This document shows, one piece after another, positions 1 through 9,218 of a stretch of DNA of 64,000 nucleotides. Source of the stretch: Candidatus Eiseniibacteriota bacterium (GTDB lineage: Bacteria > Eisenbacteria > RBG-16-71-46 > JACRLI01); NCBI GenBank assembly GCA_025351485.1, contig JANXVU010000133.1, forward strand, positions 5,066-69,065, in the 5' to 3' direction. The notes under the pieces were generated by a model. That model had not been told where the DNA came from, ran no database searches, and saw nothing but the letters and a program-made list of their open reading frames with translations. Within the stretch, counting starts at the first letter, position 1. The number at the start of each line of letters is the position of its first letter. The translations under genes and the position numbers were made by a program.

Positions 1-397
1 TGATGTAGCGCGACCCCACCACCACGTCGGCGTCCGGAATGGCTTTCAGGAAATCGTGCAGCGCGTCCGGGAAATGCGAGAAATCGGCGTCCATCTCGAA
101 GATCACGTCCACGTCCTGCTTGATCGCCTCCTTGAACCCGGCGCGGTAAGCGCTCCCGAGCCCCATCTTTCCGGCCCGGCGCATCACCGTGACGCGCGGG
201 TCGGTCTTGCCGAAATCCTCCACGTACTGGCCGGTGCCGTCCGGCGAATTGTCGTCCACGACCATGATGCGCAACTGGATTGGAAGCCCCAGCAGCCGGG
301 CGAGGAGCGGCTCGATGTTCTCGCGCTCGTTGTAGGTGGGGATGATGACCAGCGCCTTGAGCGGGCTCAGGACGTCGTCCGGATGCATGTTGCTCAC
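1..397 (-). CDS. GT2 polyprenyl-phosphate sugar synthase (Dpm1/CsbB-like); N-terminal part only, gene runs off the window
   Basis: Minus-strand translation (VSN)MHPDDVLSPLKALVIIPTYNERENIEPLLARL..MVVDDNSPDGTGQYVEDF..GLGSAYRAGF..EMDADFSH gives GT-A/GT2 motifs typical of Dpm1-type enzymes. GTG at 397 overlaps the upstream stop as GTGA; ATG at 388 is the alternative start. Confidence 0.8.
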   Translation of the reverse strand, partial: MSNMHPDDVLSPLKALVIIPTYNERENIEPLLARLLGLPIQLRIMVVDDNSPDGTGQYVEDFGKTDPRVTVMRRAGKMGLGSAYRAGFKEAIKQDVDVIFEMDADFSHFPDALHDFLKAIPDADVVVGSRYI

Positions 398-2886
398 GCG
401 GCGTTCCCTCCGGAGCGTCCGCGCAGGCCCATGAGCCCCGGAACGATGAGCAGGAGCGCGATGGCTCCCGCGGAAGCCAGGCTGAGCCGCAGGCCGCGTT
501 CCAGGGCCGGCGACCGGAAACTCATGGTGACCTTGTGCGAGCCGCCGGCCAGCTTGATGGCCCGCACGAATCCGTCGGCTAACAGGATGGGCGCGGGCTT
601 GCCGTCCACCTCGGCCTTCCAGTCCGGGTAATAGAGCTCGCTCACCACCAGGTAGCCTGGCGAGCGGGCCACCACGTCCAGCGCGATGTCATTGAGGCCG
701 TAGCGCGAGAACTTCACCCGGCTGCCCTCCTGGGGGCCCATTTCCCCGGTGGGCAACTCGGGGAGCACCACCTCGCGGGCGGGGTCAAAGGTGCTGTCCT
801 GATACACCGCCAGCGGCCCGCCGGTTCCCTGCCCGCGGGCCTTCCCCACCATCCAGGCACGCGGCTGGAAGGGCGCCAGTTCGTAGAGATTCAGCGGCCC
901 CTGCAGCACCCGCCGCCCGATGACCGGGGTGGCTGTGCCCGGCACCGGCTGGGCGAACCCGGGGCCCATGTCGCGCGAGGAGATCAGGTACTTGAGGTTC
1001 GCCACGGTCCAGAAGCGCGGGTTCATTTGCAGCTGGGCCTTGAGGACGTCGTCGTAGATGGCCGGCTTGGCCGGATGGTATCCGCCGACGGACCCGATGG
1101 CGAATCCCGAGTAGCGGTTGGTGCCGAAGTCGTCCAGGGGGAACACGCGATACAGGCCGGTGTCCTCGCGCAGCTTCTTCACCACGTCGTCCTCGTCGGA
1201 CACGCTGCTCTCGATCTGCGCCCGGGGCACCAGGAGCGGTTGCCGCAGCTGCATCTCCACCTCGCCCGGGGGCGGCTGGATGATGCGGTAGTTTACGCGC
1301 CACAGGTCGAACACCAGCAGCGCGCACATCACCATCCAGAAGGGCGTGCGCGGGAGCGTGCCCTGGCCCAACAGCGCCAGCGCGGCCAGCCCCGCGGCGA
1401 GCACCAGCCCCACCTTGACCACGTCGTCCTGGTAGTGCGCGCGCGCGTTCGCCACCAGGATGGTGAAGGCCTCCGGCGGCAGGTTGGCCTGGCCCTGCCG
1501 GAGAAGCGTCTCGTAGTTGGAGGTCCACGCCGGCACGCTCACCACCAGCAGCACCACGGCCGCCAGGGCGACTGCCGACCCCATCCACATGCGCCGCACC
1601 AGCACGCGGCGCTCGGCCACGGTGAGCCGGCCCACCAGGGCGTACACCCCACGGCCGGCCAGGAGCCCCACGGCGAACTGCAGCAGGACCAGGATCATGA
1701 CCGGCACGCGGAAGGCGTTGAAGAAGGGCAGGTGGTGGAACAGGTAGTTGTAGAGCGGCTTGAAATTCTCCCCGAAGGAGATCAGCAAGGCCATCAGCCC
1801 GAGAAGCGCGGCGAAGATGCTGAGCCGGTCGAACACCAGCACCAGTCCCGCCCCGGCCAGGAAGAGCGCCAGCAGCCCCATGTAGTTCGGGTAGTCGGTG
1901 AACGGCTTCACTCCGCCCACGTAGGTGGCTCCGCCAAAGCCGGTGGCCGAGGGCACCACGAACGTGGACATCTCGGCGGGCGAGAACGACCACTTGGTGG
2001 CGTAATCGAGCTGCGTCCCGCCCTCGGCGCTGGCGCCCCGGACCGAGTGCTTCTGGTAATCCTTCACCGGCAGCAACAGGAATGCCGCCAGGCCGAAGGC
2101 CAGGCCGTAGGCCAAGGCCAGGCCCAGTCCGTCGCGAAGGATCTTGGTGGCCCGCGCGCCCGCGCGGATCAGGCTGGCCGCGTGCACGATGTAGTACAGC
2201 GCCATCATCATTCCGGTGTAGTAGACGATCTGCACGTGCGCCCGCAGCATCTGGCAGCCCAGCGCCAGCGCCAGCCAGCCCAGGTCTTGCAGCCGCGCCC
2301 GCTTGAACAGCCGCTCGGCCAGCCACAGCACCAGCGGGATGAAGGTGACCGTGGCCAGCTTGCTGCCGTGCCCGTAGGCCGCCATGGCCACCATGTTGGG
2401 GGTGTAGGCGAACACGAACGCCCCCACCAGGGAAGACATGATCGGCAGCCCGGTCTCCACCAGCAGGAGCCCCATGAAGAAACCGGCCAGCGCCTGGTAC
2501 AGCAGGATCAGCATGTTCGGATGCAGCGGCAGGATCTTTCCGATCAGCACCAGCGGCCAGTCGGGCGGGTACACGTAGGGGTTGAACGCCAGGCTGGCGA
2601 AGCTCGGCATGCCGCAGAAGATGTAGGGATTCCACAGCGGGTAGACGTGCTCCCGGTCGATGGCGTCCTGCCCGATGCGGCTGAAACCGGCAGGAGCATA
2701 CGAGTCCGGCGAGCCGAAGGTCTGGCCCTGGAACACCAGCGGGTGATAGAAGATCAGGATCAGGCCGAACAGGATGAAGGCGATCGTGATGCGCGGATGG
2801 AAATCGAACCAGTTGCGCGGCGGCGCTTCCAGCGCCCGGTCACGCATTGCCGGCTTCTTTTTGTCCGTGTCCTTTTCCCTGGCCAA
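394..2886 (-). CDS. YfhO-family polytopic membrane glycosyltransferase (GT-C fold)
   Basis: 830-aa ORF with a TTG start at 2886 preceded by GGAGG. The N-terminal FYHPLVFQGQTFGSPDSY..VYPLWNPYIFCGMPSFASL resembles the YfhO signature loop. Many TM helices, then a large C-terminal soluble part. Confidence 0.8.
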   Translation of the reverse strand: MAREKDTDKKKPAMRDRALEAPPRNWFDFHPRITIAFILFGLILIFYHPLVFQGQTFGSPDSYAPAGFSRIGQDAIDREHVYPLWNPYIFCGMPSFASLAFNPYVYPPDWPLVLIGKILPLHPNMLILLYQALAGFFMGLLLVETGLPIMSSLVGAFVFAYTPNMVAMAAYGHGSKLATVTFIPLVLWLAERLFKRARLQDLGWLALALGCQMLRAHVQIVYYTGMMMALYYIVHAASLIRAGARATKILRDGLGLALAYGLAFGLAAFLLLPVKDYQKHSVRGASAEGGTQLDYATKWSFSPAEMSTFVVPSATGFGGATYVGGVKPFTDYPNYMGLLALFLAGAGLVLVFDRLSIFAALLGLMALLISFGENFKPLYNYLFHHLPFFNAFRVPVMILVLLQFAVGLLAGRGVYALVGRLTVAERRVLVRRMWMGSAVALAAVVLLVVSVPAWTSNYETLLRQGQANLPPEAFTILVANARAHYQDDVVKVGLVLAAGLAALALLGQGTLPRTPFWMVMCALLVFDLWRVNYRIIQPPPGEVEMQLRQPLLVPRAQIESSVSDEDDVVKKLREDTGLYRVFPLDDFGTNRYSGFAIGSVGGYHPAKPAIYDDVLKAQLQMNPRFWTVANLKYLISSRDMGPGFAQPVPGTATPVIGRRVLQGPLNLYELAPFQPRAWMVGKARGQGTGGPLAVYQDSTFDPAREVVLPELPTGEMGPQEGSRVKFSRYGLNDIALDVVARSPGYLVVSELYYPDWKAEVDGKPAPILLADGFVRAIKLAGGSHKVTMSFRSPALERGLRLSLASAGAIALLLIVPGLMGLRGRSGGNAA

Positions 2887-2914
2887 ATTGCCTCCGTGGG
2901 GGTCGTGGAACCGG

Positions 2915-4051
2915 CTAGGGCCGGCGCTGAAGTCCGGCGGCGGCCCGGATCCCCTGCTCCATCTCGGCCGCCTTCACCGACCAGTCGTTCCGGCGCGCGA
3001 ACTCGCGCAGCGGCGCCGGGTCGGGCCTGTGATCCAGCATCTCGCGCACCCGTTCGACAAACTCCGCGGGGGTGCGGGCGAAGCTGAGCCCGGGGGCGCC
3101 CTCGAGCTCCGCGCTCATGGGGCAGCTCACCACCGGGCATCCGCAGCCCAGGTACTGGTAGATCTTGTTGGGATTGATGGCCTGGGTGTACGGATCGGCC
3201 GGATCAAAGGGGATCAGTCCGACATCGAAGCCGCGTATCCAGTCGGCCAGCTTTTCGTAGGGTTGCTCTCCCACGAACAGGAACGGCGAACGCCCCGCGA
3301 GTTCCGCCACCTTTTCACGGACCCGCGCGTGGACCGGGCCTATGAAAACCACCGTGGCATCCGGAAATGCGCGGCCCAGCTCCTCCAGCCACTCGAACGA
3401 AAGAAAGAAGCTCACCAGCCCGATGTATCCGATGACGGGCCGCCGGGCCTGGAGGAGCGCCGGCGCCACCCCGGAACTCGCGGTGAACCTATCATATTCC
3501 ACGCCATTTCCCAACAACTGGAGGGGGCCGTAGCCCTCGGCCCGGAGTTGGTCGAAATAGTAGCGGGACACCACGAAGGTGAGCTGGGAGCCCTTGAGCG
3601 CGGCGTCCATCCACGGGCGGGCCCACGCGGGCACTCCTGGAAACTGGAACGGGTTGTCGTTGAAGTCGTAGCACAGGGTCCGGTGAGGGATGGCCCGGGC
3701 CACCGGGTAGGCGAATATGTTGGACACGCAGACCACCGCGTCCCCGCCCGCCCCGAACTGCCGCAGGAGGCGCCGGCACTGGATCTCCGCCAGCCAGGTG
3801 TTGAACGCCCGGAACCAGGCGAGGCCCAGGAGCCGGTTGTAGGCCCCGCTGGTGGTGTTCAGCTTCACGAACGGAGCGGTCCCGTAGGCCACGTTCCCGT
3901 CGCGCGAGAGGTTCCAGCTGTTGCCCCGGTTGAAGTTCACCGGCTCCAGGAACAGGATCTTCCAGTCGGCCGGAAAGCGCGACAGGATGAACTGCTTGCG
4001 GCTCCGCATGGCCTTCCACTTGATCTCGGAAAAAAACACCAGCGTGGGCAT
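2915..4051 (-). CDS. GT1/GT4-superfamily glycosyltransferase (TuaH-like)
   Basis: Start MPTLVFFSEIKWKAMRSRKQFILSRFP; the ATG at 4051 shares one nt with the asnB stop (TGATG). The C-terminal half has VGEQPYEKL..GLIPF..NPNKIYQYLGCGCPVVS, typical of GT-B enzymes. The ORF-track N-terminal extension to 4111 is rejected. Confidence 0.7.
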   Translation of the reverse strand: MPTLVFFSEIKWKAMRSRKQFILSRFPADWKILFLEPVNFNRGNSWNLSRDGNVAYGTAPFVKLNTTSGAYNRLLGLAWFRAFNTWLAEIQCRRLLRQFGAGGDAVVCVSNIFAYPVARAIPHRTLCYDFNDNPFQFPGVPAWARPWMDAALKGSQLTFVVSRYYFDQLRAEGYGPLQLLGNGVEYDRFTASSGVAPALLQARRPVIGYIGLVSFFLSFEWLEELGRAFPDATVVFIGPVHARVREKVAELAGRSPFLFVGEQPYEKLADWIRGFDVGLIPFDPADPYTQAINPNKIYQYLGCGCPVVSCPMSAELEGAPGLSFARTPAEFVERVREMLDHRPDPAPLREFARRNDWSVKAAEMEQGIRAAAGLQRRP

Positions 4052-6045
4052 CAGCGCTCCGGGAGGCTGCGGGGCTCGAGGCGCGCCGGATCCACGAAGG
4101 TGCGGAACCACATTTCCAGGTGGAGCCAGCGCCAGACTTGCAGACCCAGCGGAGCGCCCTTCAGGAAACGCTCCACCTGCGCGTGCGTCTCGGCGGGGTG
4201 CAGGTAGCCGCGCTCAAGGCAAGGCCCGGTAAGCAGCAGTTCCTCGATCAATCCACGCTGCGGGCCGCGCAGCCAGGCGTCGGTCGGGGTCTCGTAGCCC
4301 ATTTTGTCTCGGCGCGCCGAGACCGACGCCGGCACCCATGGTTCAAAGGCCTTGCGCGCGACGTACTTGGTGGAGCGGCCGTGGATCTTCAGGTCGAAGG
4401 GCAGGCGGCAGGCGAACTCCACCAGCCGGTGGTCCAGGAACGGCACGCGGGCCTCGATCGACCAGGCCATGCTGTTGCGGTCCTCGTAGCGCAAGAGGGA
4501 CGGCAGGAACCGCAGCGTGATGTCGTAGTAGAGCTGGTCGTTCAGCAGGCTGCCGAAACGGCGCGGCGGCTCGGTCACGAAGTCCCGCCGGCGGCGCTCG
4601 AAGTCGGGCGCCAGCACCCGGTCCTTGCCCTGCCCGAAGCGCCGCTGCCCTGCCACCAGCAGCGCGGGCGGAAGCGCCGGCGCGAAGCTGCGCACCAGGG
4701 TGCGCGCCCATCCATGCCCCAGGTCCACCGCCACGTATTTGAGCAGGGAGGCCCATTCGGCCATCCGGCCGGCGCGAAACAGGTCCAGCAGCGCCGTCCA
4801 GTAGTAGCGGTGATAGCCCGCGAACAGCTCGTCCCCGCCCTGCCCGTCGAGCAGCACCTTGACCGGCTCGCGCGCGGCCAGCCGCATCACGTGCCATTGC
4901 GAGTAGACGCCCATGCCCGCCGCCGGCTCGTCCTGGTGGAACGCCAGCGCTTCCAGGGTGCGCGGCAGGTCGGATCCGTCGGGTTCGGTTTCGCGCAGCG
5001 GCGCCCCGGCCGCCGCGGCCACCTCCCGCGCGTACCGGCGCTCGTCGAACTTGCCGCCCTCCGAGTATCCCACCGAGAACGCCGTAAGGCTGCGCACCGA
5101 CTCCAGGGCGGAGACGGCCACCACGGCCGACGAGTCGAGTCCGCCGGAAAGGCAGGTCCCCACCGGCACGTCGCTGCGCAGGTGCAGGCGGATGGAATCG
5201 CGGAACAGCCGCTGCAGCTCCTCCACCGCGTGGGCCTCCGCGGGCGCCGGGGCCGTATCGGCGGTCACCTCCCAGTAGCGCCACGTCCGCGGACCGTTGC
5301 GGTCCACCACCATGGCGTGCCCCGGGAGCAGGGACCGGATACTGGTGAAGAAAGTGAATTCGTCGAAGTCGGTCCAGTCGCGCGCCAGGAAATAGTACAG
5401 CGCCCGCTCGTCCGGCGTGCGGTCCACTCCTTCGAAGGCCAGGATGCCCTTGGGCTCGGAGCAGAACAGGAACCGCTCCCCGTCCCAGTGATGGTAGAGC
5501 GGCTTGATCCCCAGCCGGTCGCGGGAACAGAATAGCTTCTCGCCGTCCCACAGCGCGAAGGACCACATCCCGTTCAGTCGCGAGAGGCAGTCGGTGCCCC
5601 ACTCCAGGTAGGCCTCCAGCAGCACTTCCACGTCGCTCCCGGTGTGGAAGGCGTGGCCCAGCGACTTCAGCTCCTCGCGCAGCTCGATGTAGTTGTAGAT
5701 TTCCCCGTTGAAGGTGATGACCAGCCGGCCGTCGCTGGAGCTCATGGGCTCGTGGCCCCCGGGGCTCAGGTCGATGATGCTGAGACGCCGGTGCACCAGG
5801 CCGAGCGCGCTGGGGCCCACCCGGGTCTCCCGAAGGTCGCCGTGCGGGCTCCAGGCGAGGCGGCTCTGCCGCACTTCGGTGGTGGTGTCCGTGCCGGCCA
5901 GGAAGTGCCGGCGCCCGGAGATCTCCTGCAGGAAGAATCCCTCGTCGTCCGGCCCGCGGTGCCGGATCATCCGGCTCACGCGAAGGAGCTCGGCCGGATC
6001 GCACGGCCTGCCGGAGGGCGAGTAGTATCCCGCGATGCCGCACAT
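4051..6045 (-). CDS. asnB: Asparagine synthase (glutamine-hydrolysing)-type amidotransferase
   Basis: N-terminal MCGIAGYY (Cys2 nucleophile) and PP-loop CLSGGLDSSAVV; 664 aa. The location inside a glycan operon suggests sugar/uronate amidation rather than Asn synthesis (inference). Confidence 0.9.
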   Translation of the reverse strand: MCGIAGYYSPSGRPCDPAELLRVSRMIRHRGPDDEGFFLQEISGRRHFLAGTDTTTEVRQSRLAWSPHGDLRETRVGPSALGLVHRRLSIIDLSPGGHEPMSSSDGRLVITFNGEIYNYIELREELKSLGHAFHTGSDVEVLLEAYLEWGTDCLSRLNGMWSFALWDGEKLFCSRDRLGIKPLYHHWDGERFLFCSEPKGILAFEGVDRTPDERALYYFLARDWTDFDEFTFFTSIRSLLPGHAMVVDRNGPRTWRYWEVTADTAPAPAEAHAVEELQRLFRDSIRLHLRSDVPVGTCLSGGLDSSAVVAVSALESVRSLTAFSVGYSEGGKFDERRYAREVAAAAGAPLRETEPDGSDLPRTLEALAFHQDEPAAGMGVYSQWHVMRLAAREPVKVLLDGQGGDELFAGYHRYYWTALLDLFRAGRMAEWASLLKYVAVDLGHGWARTLVRSFAPALPPALLVAGQRRFGQGKDRVLAPDFERRRRDFVTEPPRRFGSLLNDQLYYDITLRFLPSLLRYEDRNSMAWSIEARVPFLDHRLVEFACRLPFDLKIHGRSTKYVARKAFEPWVPASVSARRDKMGYETPTDAWLRGPQRGLIEELLLTGPCLERGYLHPAETHAQVERFLKGAPLGLQVWRWLHLEMWFRTFVDPARLEPRSLPER

Positions 6046-6049
6046 GGAC

Positions 6050-7525
6050 CTAGGCCTCCCCGGGAAGGACGGAGCGCACCCGCCCCGCGATCATGGAGCC
6101 GACGGTGCGCAGATCGGCGGCGCTCACCAGGCCGAGCGGCAGACTCGCGCCCAGGAACAGGAGGCACAGGCCGGCCTTGATGCCCAGGCGCGGCAGAAGC
6201 GCGATTGCCGGCACGGCCGCCCCGCCGGCGGCGACTCCGCCGGCCAGCACCAGCAGCAGGCAGGTTCGCAGTATCGGGTACGGGCACGGGAACAGCCGCT
6301 GCGAAAGCATGCCGAGCGCCACCGTGGTGGCCGCGTAGCCCAGCAGCGTGGCCGCGCCCACTCCGTACATCCCGTAGGGCCCGGCCCACGCGTAATTCAA
6401 CGCCAGTGTGAGCAGGGCCGTGGAGACCAGCACCACGGCCATGAGAGCGGTGCGCTTCACGTAGGTGATCCCGATCACGAAGAAGTAGTAGGTCCCGTTC
6501 AGGAGCGCGGCGAAGATCAGCAGCGGCGCCACCCCCTGCCCGGCCACGTAGGCTCGGGTGGTGCCGAGCCCCAGGATCTCGCGCGCGAAGCATGAAAGCA
6601 GCACGCCCATCGTGGCGGCCGCCCACATGTACAGCCCGAACACGCGGCCGAACAGCGACCTCACGTTGTCCGCCCGGGTCTGCGAGAACGCGAACGGGCC
6701 CCAGGCCAGCGTGAACGCCTGCACGCCGAAGCTCATGATCAGGGCCACCCGGGCGGCCGCGCCGTAGAGCCCGACTTCGTGGTAGCCCCAGAACTTCTGT
6801 AAGAAGACCCGGTCGGCGAACTGGATCACCCAGTAGGAGAGCCCGATCGGCAGGAACGGCAGCGCCACCATCAGCAATTCCTTGAGCATCGAGAGCCTGA
6901 TCCGGGCCGAGACCGCGGAGCGGATGAGTAGCAGTCCCACCACCGAAAAGCCGGCATCGGTGAGCAGTTGGGCGCCCAGCGCGCCCGTGACTCCCACGCG
7001 TCGGAAGGCCACCAGGTAGATGGTGAGCCCGGCGTAGACCAGGGAACTGGAGACGGTGAAGGCCAGGAACGCCCACGGCCGGAAGCTCATGCGCAGGAAA
7101 TCGGCCACGAACATCACCGTGAGCGTGCACGGCACCCCCAGCAGCGCGACCCGGAGGTAGCGCCCCAGAGTCGCATCGCCGTAGAGGTGCCCGGCCAGCC
7201 AGCCGGAGGCCAGGGCGGCCGGCAAGCACACGGCGACGCTCCAGCCGGTCCGCCACAGGAGGGCCGTGCCCACCAGGCGTCGCCGTTCCTCGTCCGTCTG
7301 GGGCTCGTACAGGAATCGGTTCAGCGCGCCGTCCAGCCCGGAGATGAACAGGATCTGCAGCACCGTGGCCAGGCTGGTCATGAGGTCCCACGCCCCGAAC
7401 TGGGCGGGCACGAAGACCCGCGTGAGCACCGGGATGAGGGCCACCTTGGTGACCAGTCTCCCCAGCGTCTGGCCGAGGCCGTAGACCAGCGTGTTGCGGG
7501 TCAGGCTCTTGAGCTGGGCGCGCAT
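6050..7525 (-). CDS. MOP-superfamily (Wzx-like) polysaccharide/lipid-linked oligosaccharide flippase
   Basis: Start MRAQLKSLTRNTLVYGLGQTLGRLVTKVALIPVLTRVF. About 490 aa, hydrophobic throughout with roughly 12-14 predicted helices. The ATG at 7525 shares one nt with the upstream stop. The upstream 94 codons of the ORF track are rejected (Arg/Pro-rich, overlap the preceding gene). Confidence 0.75.
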   Translation of the reverse strand: MRAQLKSLTRNTLVYGLGQTLGRLVTKVALIPVLTRVFVPAQFGAWDLMTSLATVLQILFISGLDGALNRFLYEPQTDEERRRLVGTALLWRTGWSVAVCLPAALASGWLAGHLYGDATLGRYLRVALLGVPCTLTVMFVADFLRMSFRPWAFLAFTVSSSLVYAGLTIYLVAFRRVGVTGALGAQLLTDAGFSVVGLLLIRSAVSARIRLSMLKELLMVALPFLPIGLSYWVIQFADRVFLQKFWGYHEVGLYGAAARVALIMSFGVQAFTLAWGPFAFSQTRADNVRSLFGRVFGLYMWAAATMGVLLSCFAREILGLGTTRAYVAGQGVAPLLIFAALLNGTYYFFVIGITYVKRTALMAVVLVSTALLTLALNYAWAGPYGMYGVGAATLLGYAATTVALGMLSQRLFPCPYPILRTCLLLVLAGGVAAGGAAVPAIALLPRLGIKAGLCLLFLGASLPLGLVSAADLRTVGSMIAGRVRSVLPGEA

Positions 7526-8325
7526 CAGTGGAACACGTTCTCGGTGCGGCACCACGGGCAGATCCAGGAATCCGCGCTCACCCCGGTGAGGTCGGCGTGC
7601 TGCCCGCACTGGCGGCACACGTGGCTCACCCGGCGCAGGCGGCCGAGGCCTTCCTTGCGCAGCAGCATGATGTAGTTGCTCTCGCGGAACAGATCCAGCC
7701 CGGTCGCGCGCTTGAGGGCGGCGAGCGCCTTCACGAAGCCGGGCTGCAGGGGCCGGGTGCGGTCGTCTCGCATCCAGGAAAACCCGGCGGGGCACTCGCA
7801 GAAGCATTCCAGCACCATGCCGCGCCGGTAGGCGTGACGCAGGCTCCGCTGGAAATCGGTGCGCTGCTGGTGCTCCAGGCGCTTCTTCAGCTTCATCAGG
7901 ACGTACTTGGCAAAGTAACCGGCGAACCGGTAGAAGTGGTCGTCGAAGGAGTGCGAGTTGGGCACCGCCACGAACATGCGTCCGCCGTCCTTGAGCACCC
8001 GCACCAGCTCGTCCCAGGTGGCCCCGAGGTCGTCCACGTGCTCCATGGTGTAGTTGGAGACCACGGCATCAAAGGTGCGGTCGGCGAAGGGCAGCCTTTC
8101 CATGGTGGCCAGCGCGCGGAGGCCGTGCGCGAAATCTCCGGGCATGGTCTTCACGTCCACTCCGGTCAGCCGGAGCCCCGGGTATTCCGGGTAGGGAAAG
8201 CTGGTGCCGCCGCATCCGGCGTCCAGCACATGGCTCCCCTCCGGCAGGGAGGCCAGGAACTCCCGGAGGAAGAGGACCGCCTCGTCGGGGCCGCGTTCCA
8301 GCTTCGAAGCCTGGTATGCGCTCAC
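7525..8325 (-). CDS. Class I SAM-dependent methyltransferase with C-terminal CxxC..CxxC zinc ribbon
   Basis: GTG at 8325 overlaps the upstream stop (GTGA). Motif I VLDAGCGG, plus DAVVSNYTMEHV and LKDGGRMFV. The C-terminus has CRQCGQHADLTGVSADSWICPWC. Confidence 0.8.
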   Translation of the reverse strand: MSAYQASKLERGPDEAVLFLREFLASLPEGSHVLDAGCGGTSFPYPEYPGLRLTGVDVKTMPGDFAHGLRALATMERLPFADRTFDAVVSNYTMEHVDDLGATWDELVRVLKDGGRMFVAVPNSHSFDDHFYRFAGYFAKYVLMKLKKRLEHQQRTDFQRSLRHAYRRGMVLECFCECPAGFSWMRDDRTRPLQPGFVKALAALKRATGLDLFRESNYIMLLRKEGLGRLRRVSHVCRQCGQHADLTGVSADSWICPWCRTENVFH

Positions 8326-9218
8326 GCCCGGGCCTGCGCGCCGCGGACGGCGTCCCACGCCCCGCGCCACCACGCCCCCGCCAGGGCCGCCCGGCCCATG
8401 GCCAGGCACACCAGGGCGTAGGCGATCCCCTGCCCCAGGTAGGCGAACGGCCACGTCAGCCAGTGCCACGGGCGCGCGTAGCGGGCCAGGAACTTCGCAT
8501 TGCTGAAGGTGCGGTGATAGATCTTGAAAGGCGTGGAGCCTCCGCCGCTGCTGGCGGAAATGCGGTGCGAGATCCGCGAGGTGGGTACGCACCAGAGCTC
8601 GTAGCCGGCGCGCCGCACACGGACCGAGAAATCGGCGTCCTCCGTGTAGATGAAGTATCCGGGATCCAGATAGCCCACTTTCTCGAACACCTCGCGGCGC
8701 GCCAGCAGCGCGCACCCGGTCAGGTATCCGGAGCGAGAGGGGGCGCGGAATTGTCCGCGGTCCCGGGCCCGCAGGCCGCGGTGCGCGGTCAGGCCCAGCC
8801 AGAAATTCACTTCTCCGCCCGCAAACCACACCCGGCCCCCGGGCCCCGCGTAAAGAATCAGGGGCGCCACCGCGCCCGCCTGGGGGTGCGCGCGCATGAA
8901 TTCCACCAGCGGCTCCAGGAAACCCGGCTCCACCAGGGTGTCGTTGTTCAGGAGCAGCGCGTAGTCCACGCCCGCCCGAACCGCTTCGCGCAGCGCCACG
9001 TTGTTGCCCTCGGCGAAACGAAGATTTTCACCGTTCTCGATCACCCGGATCCCGGCGGCCCGGCGCAACTCTTCGAGGGAGCCGTCGGTGGATCCGTTGT
9101 CCACCACCACCACCTCCGCGGCAGGATAAGTCCGCTTCGACAGCGATTCCAGGCAGTCCCGCGTGAAGGCCCACCCGTTCCATTGCAGCACGATGATCCA
9201 CACCCGGGGGGCGCTCAT
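8322..9218 (-). CDS. GT2 glycosyltransferase (WbbL/rhamnosyltransferase-like)
   Basis: MSAPRVWIIVLQWNGWAFTRDCLESLSKRTYPAAEVVVVDNGSTDGS..FAEGNN..YALLLNNDT. ATGA overlap with the upstream stop at 9215-9218. Confidence 0.85.
   Translation of the reverse strand: MSAPRVWIIVLQWNGWAFTRDCLESLSKRTYPAAEVVVVDNGSTDGSLEELRRAAGIRVIENGENLRFAEGNNVALREAVRAGVDYALLLNNDTLVEPGFLEPLVEFMRAHPQAGAVAPLILYAGPGGRVWFAGGEVNFWLGLTAHRGLRARDRGQFRAPSRSGYLTGCALLARREVFEKVGYLDPGYFIYTEDADFSVRVRRAGYELWCVPTSRISHRISASSGGGSTPFKIYHRTFSNAKFLARYARPWHWLTWPFAYLGQGIAYALVCLAMGRAALAGAWWRGAWDAVRGAQARA

Noticed and set aside
785-3087. Alternative-frame ORFs inside or opposite the YfhO gene (785-2635 minus strand, 1027-3087 plus strand)
   Set aside because: Same reasoning. 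The YfhO frame has family motifs, TM periodicity and a GGAGG-TTG start, whereas these are Arg/Pro/Gly-rich.
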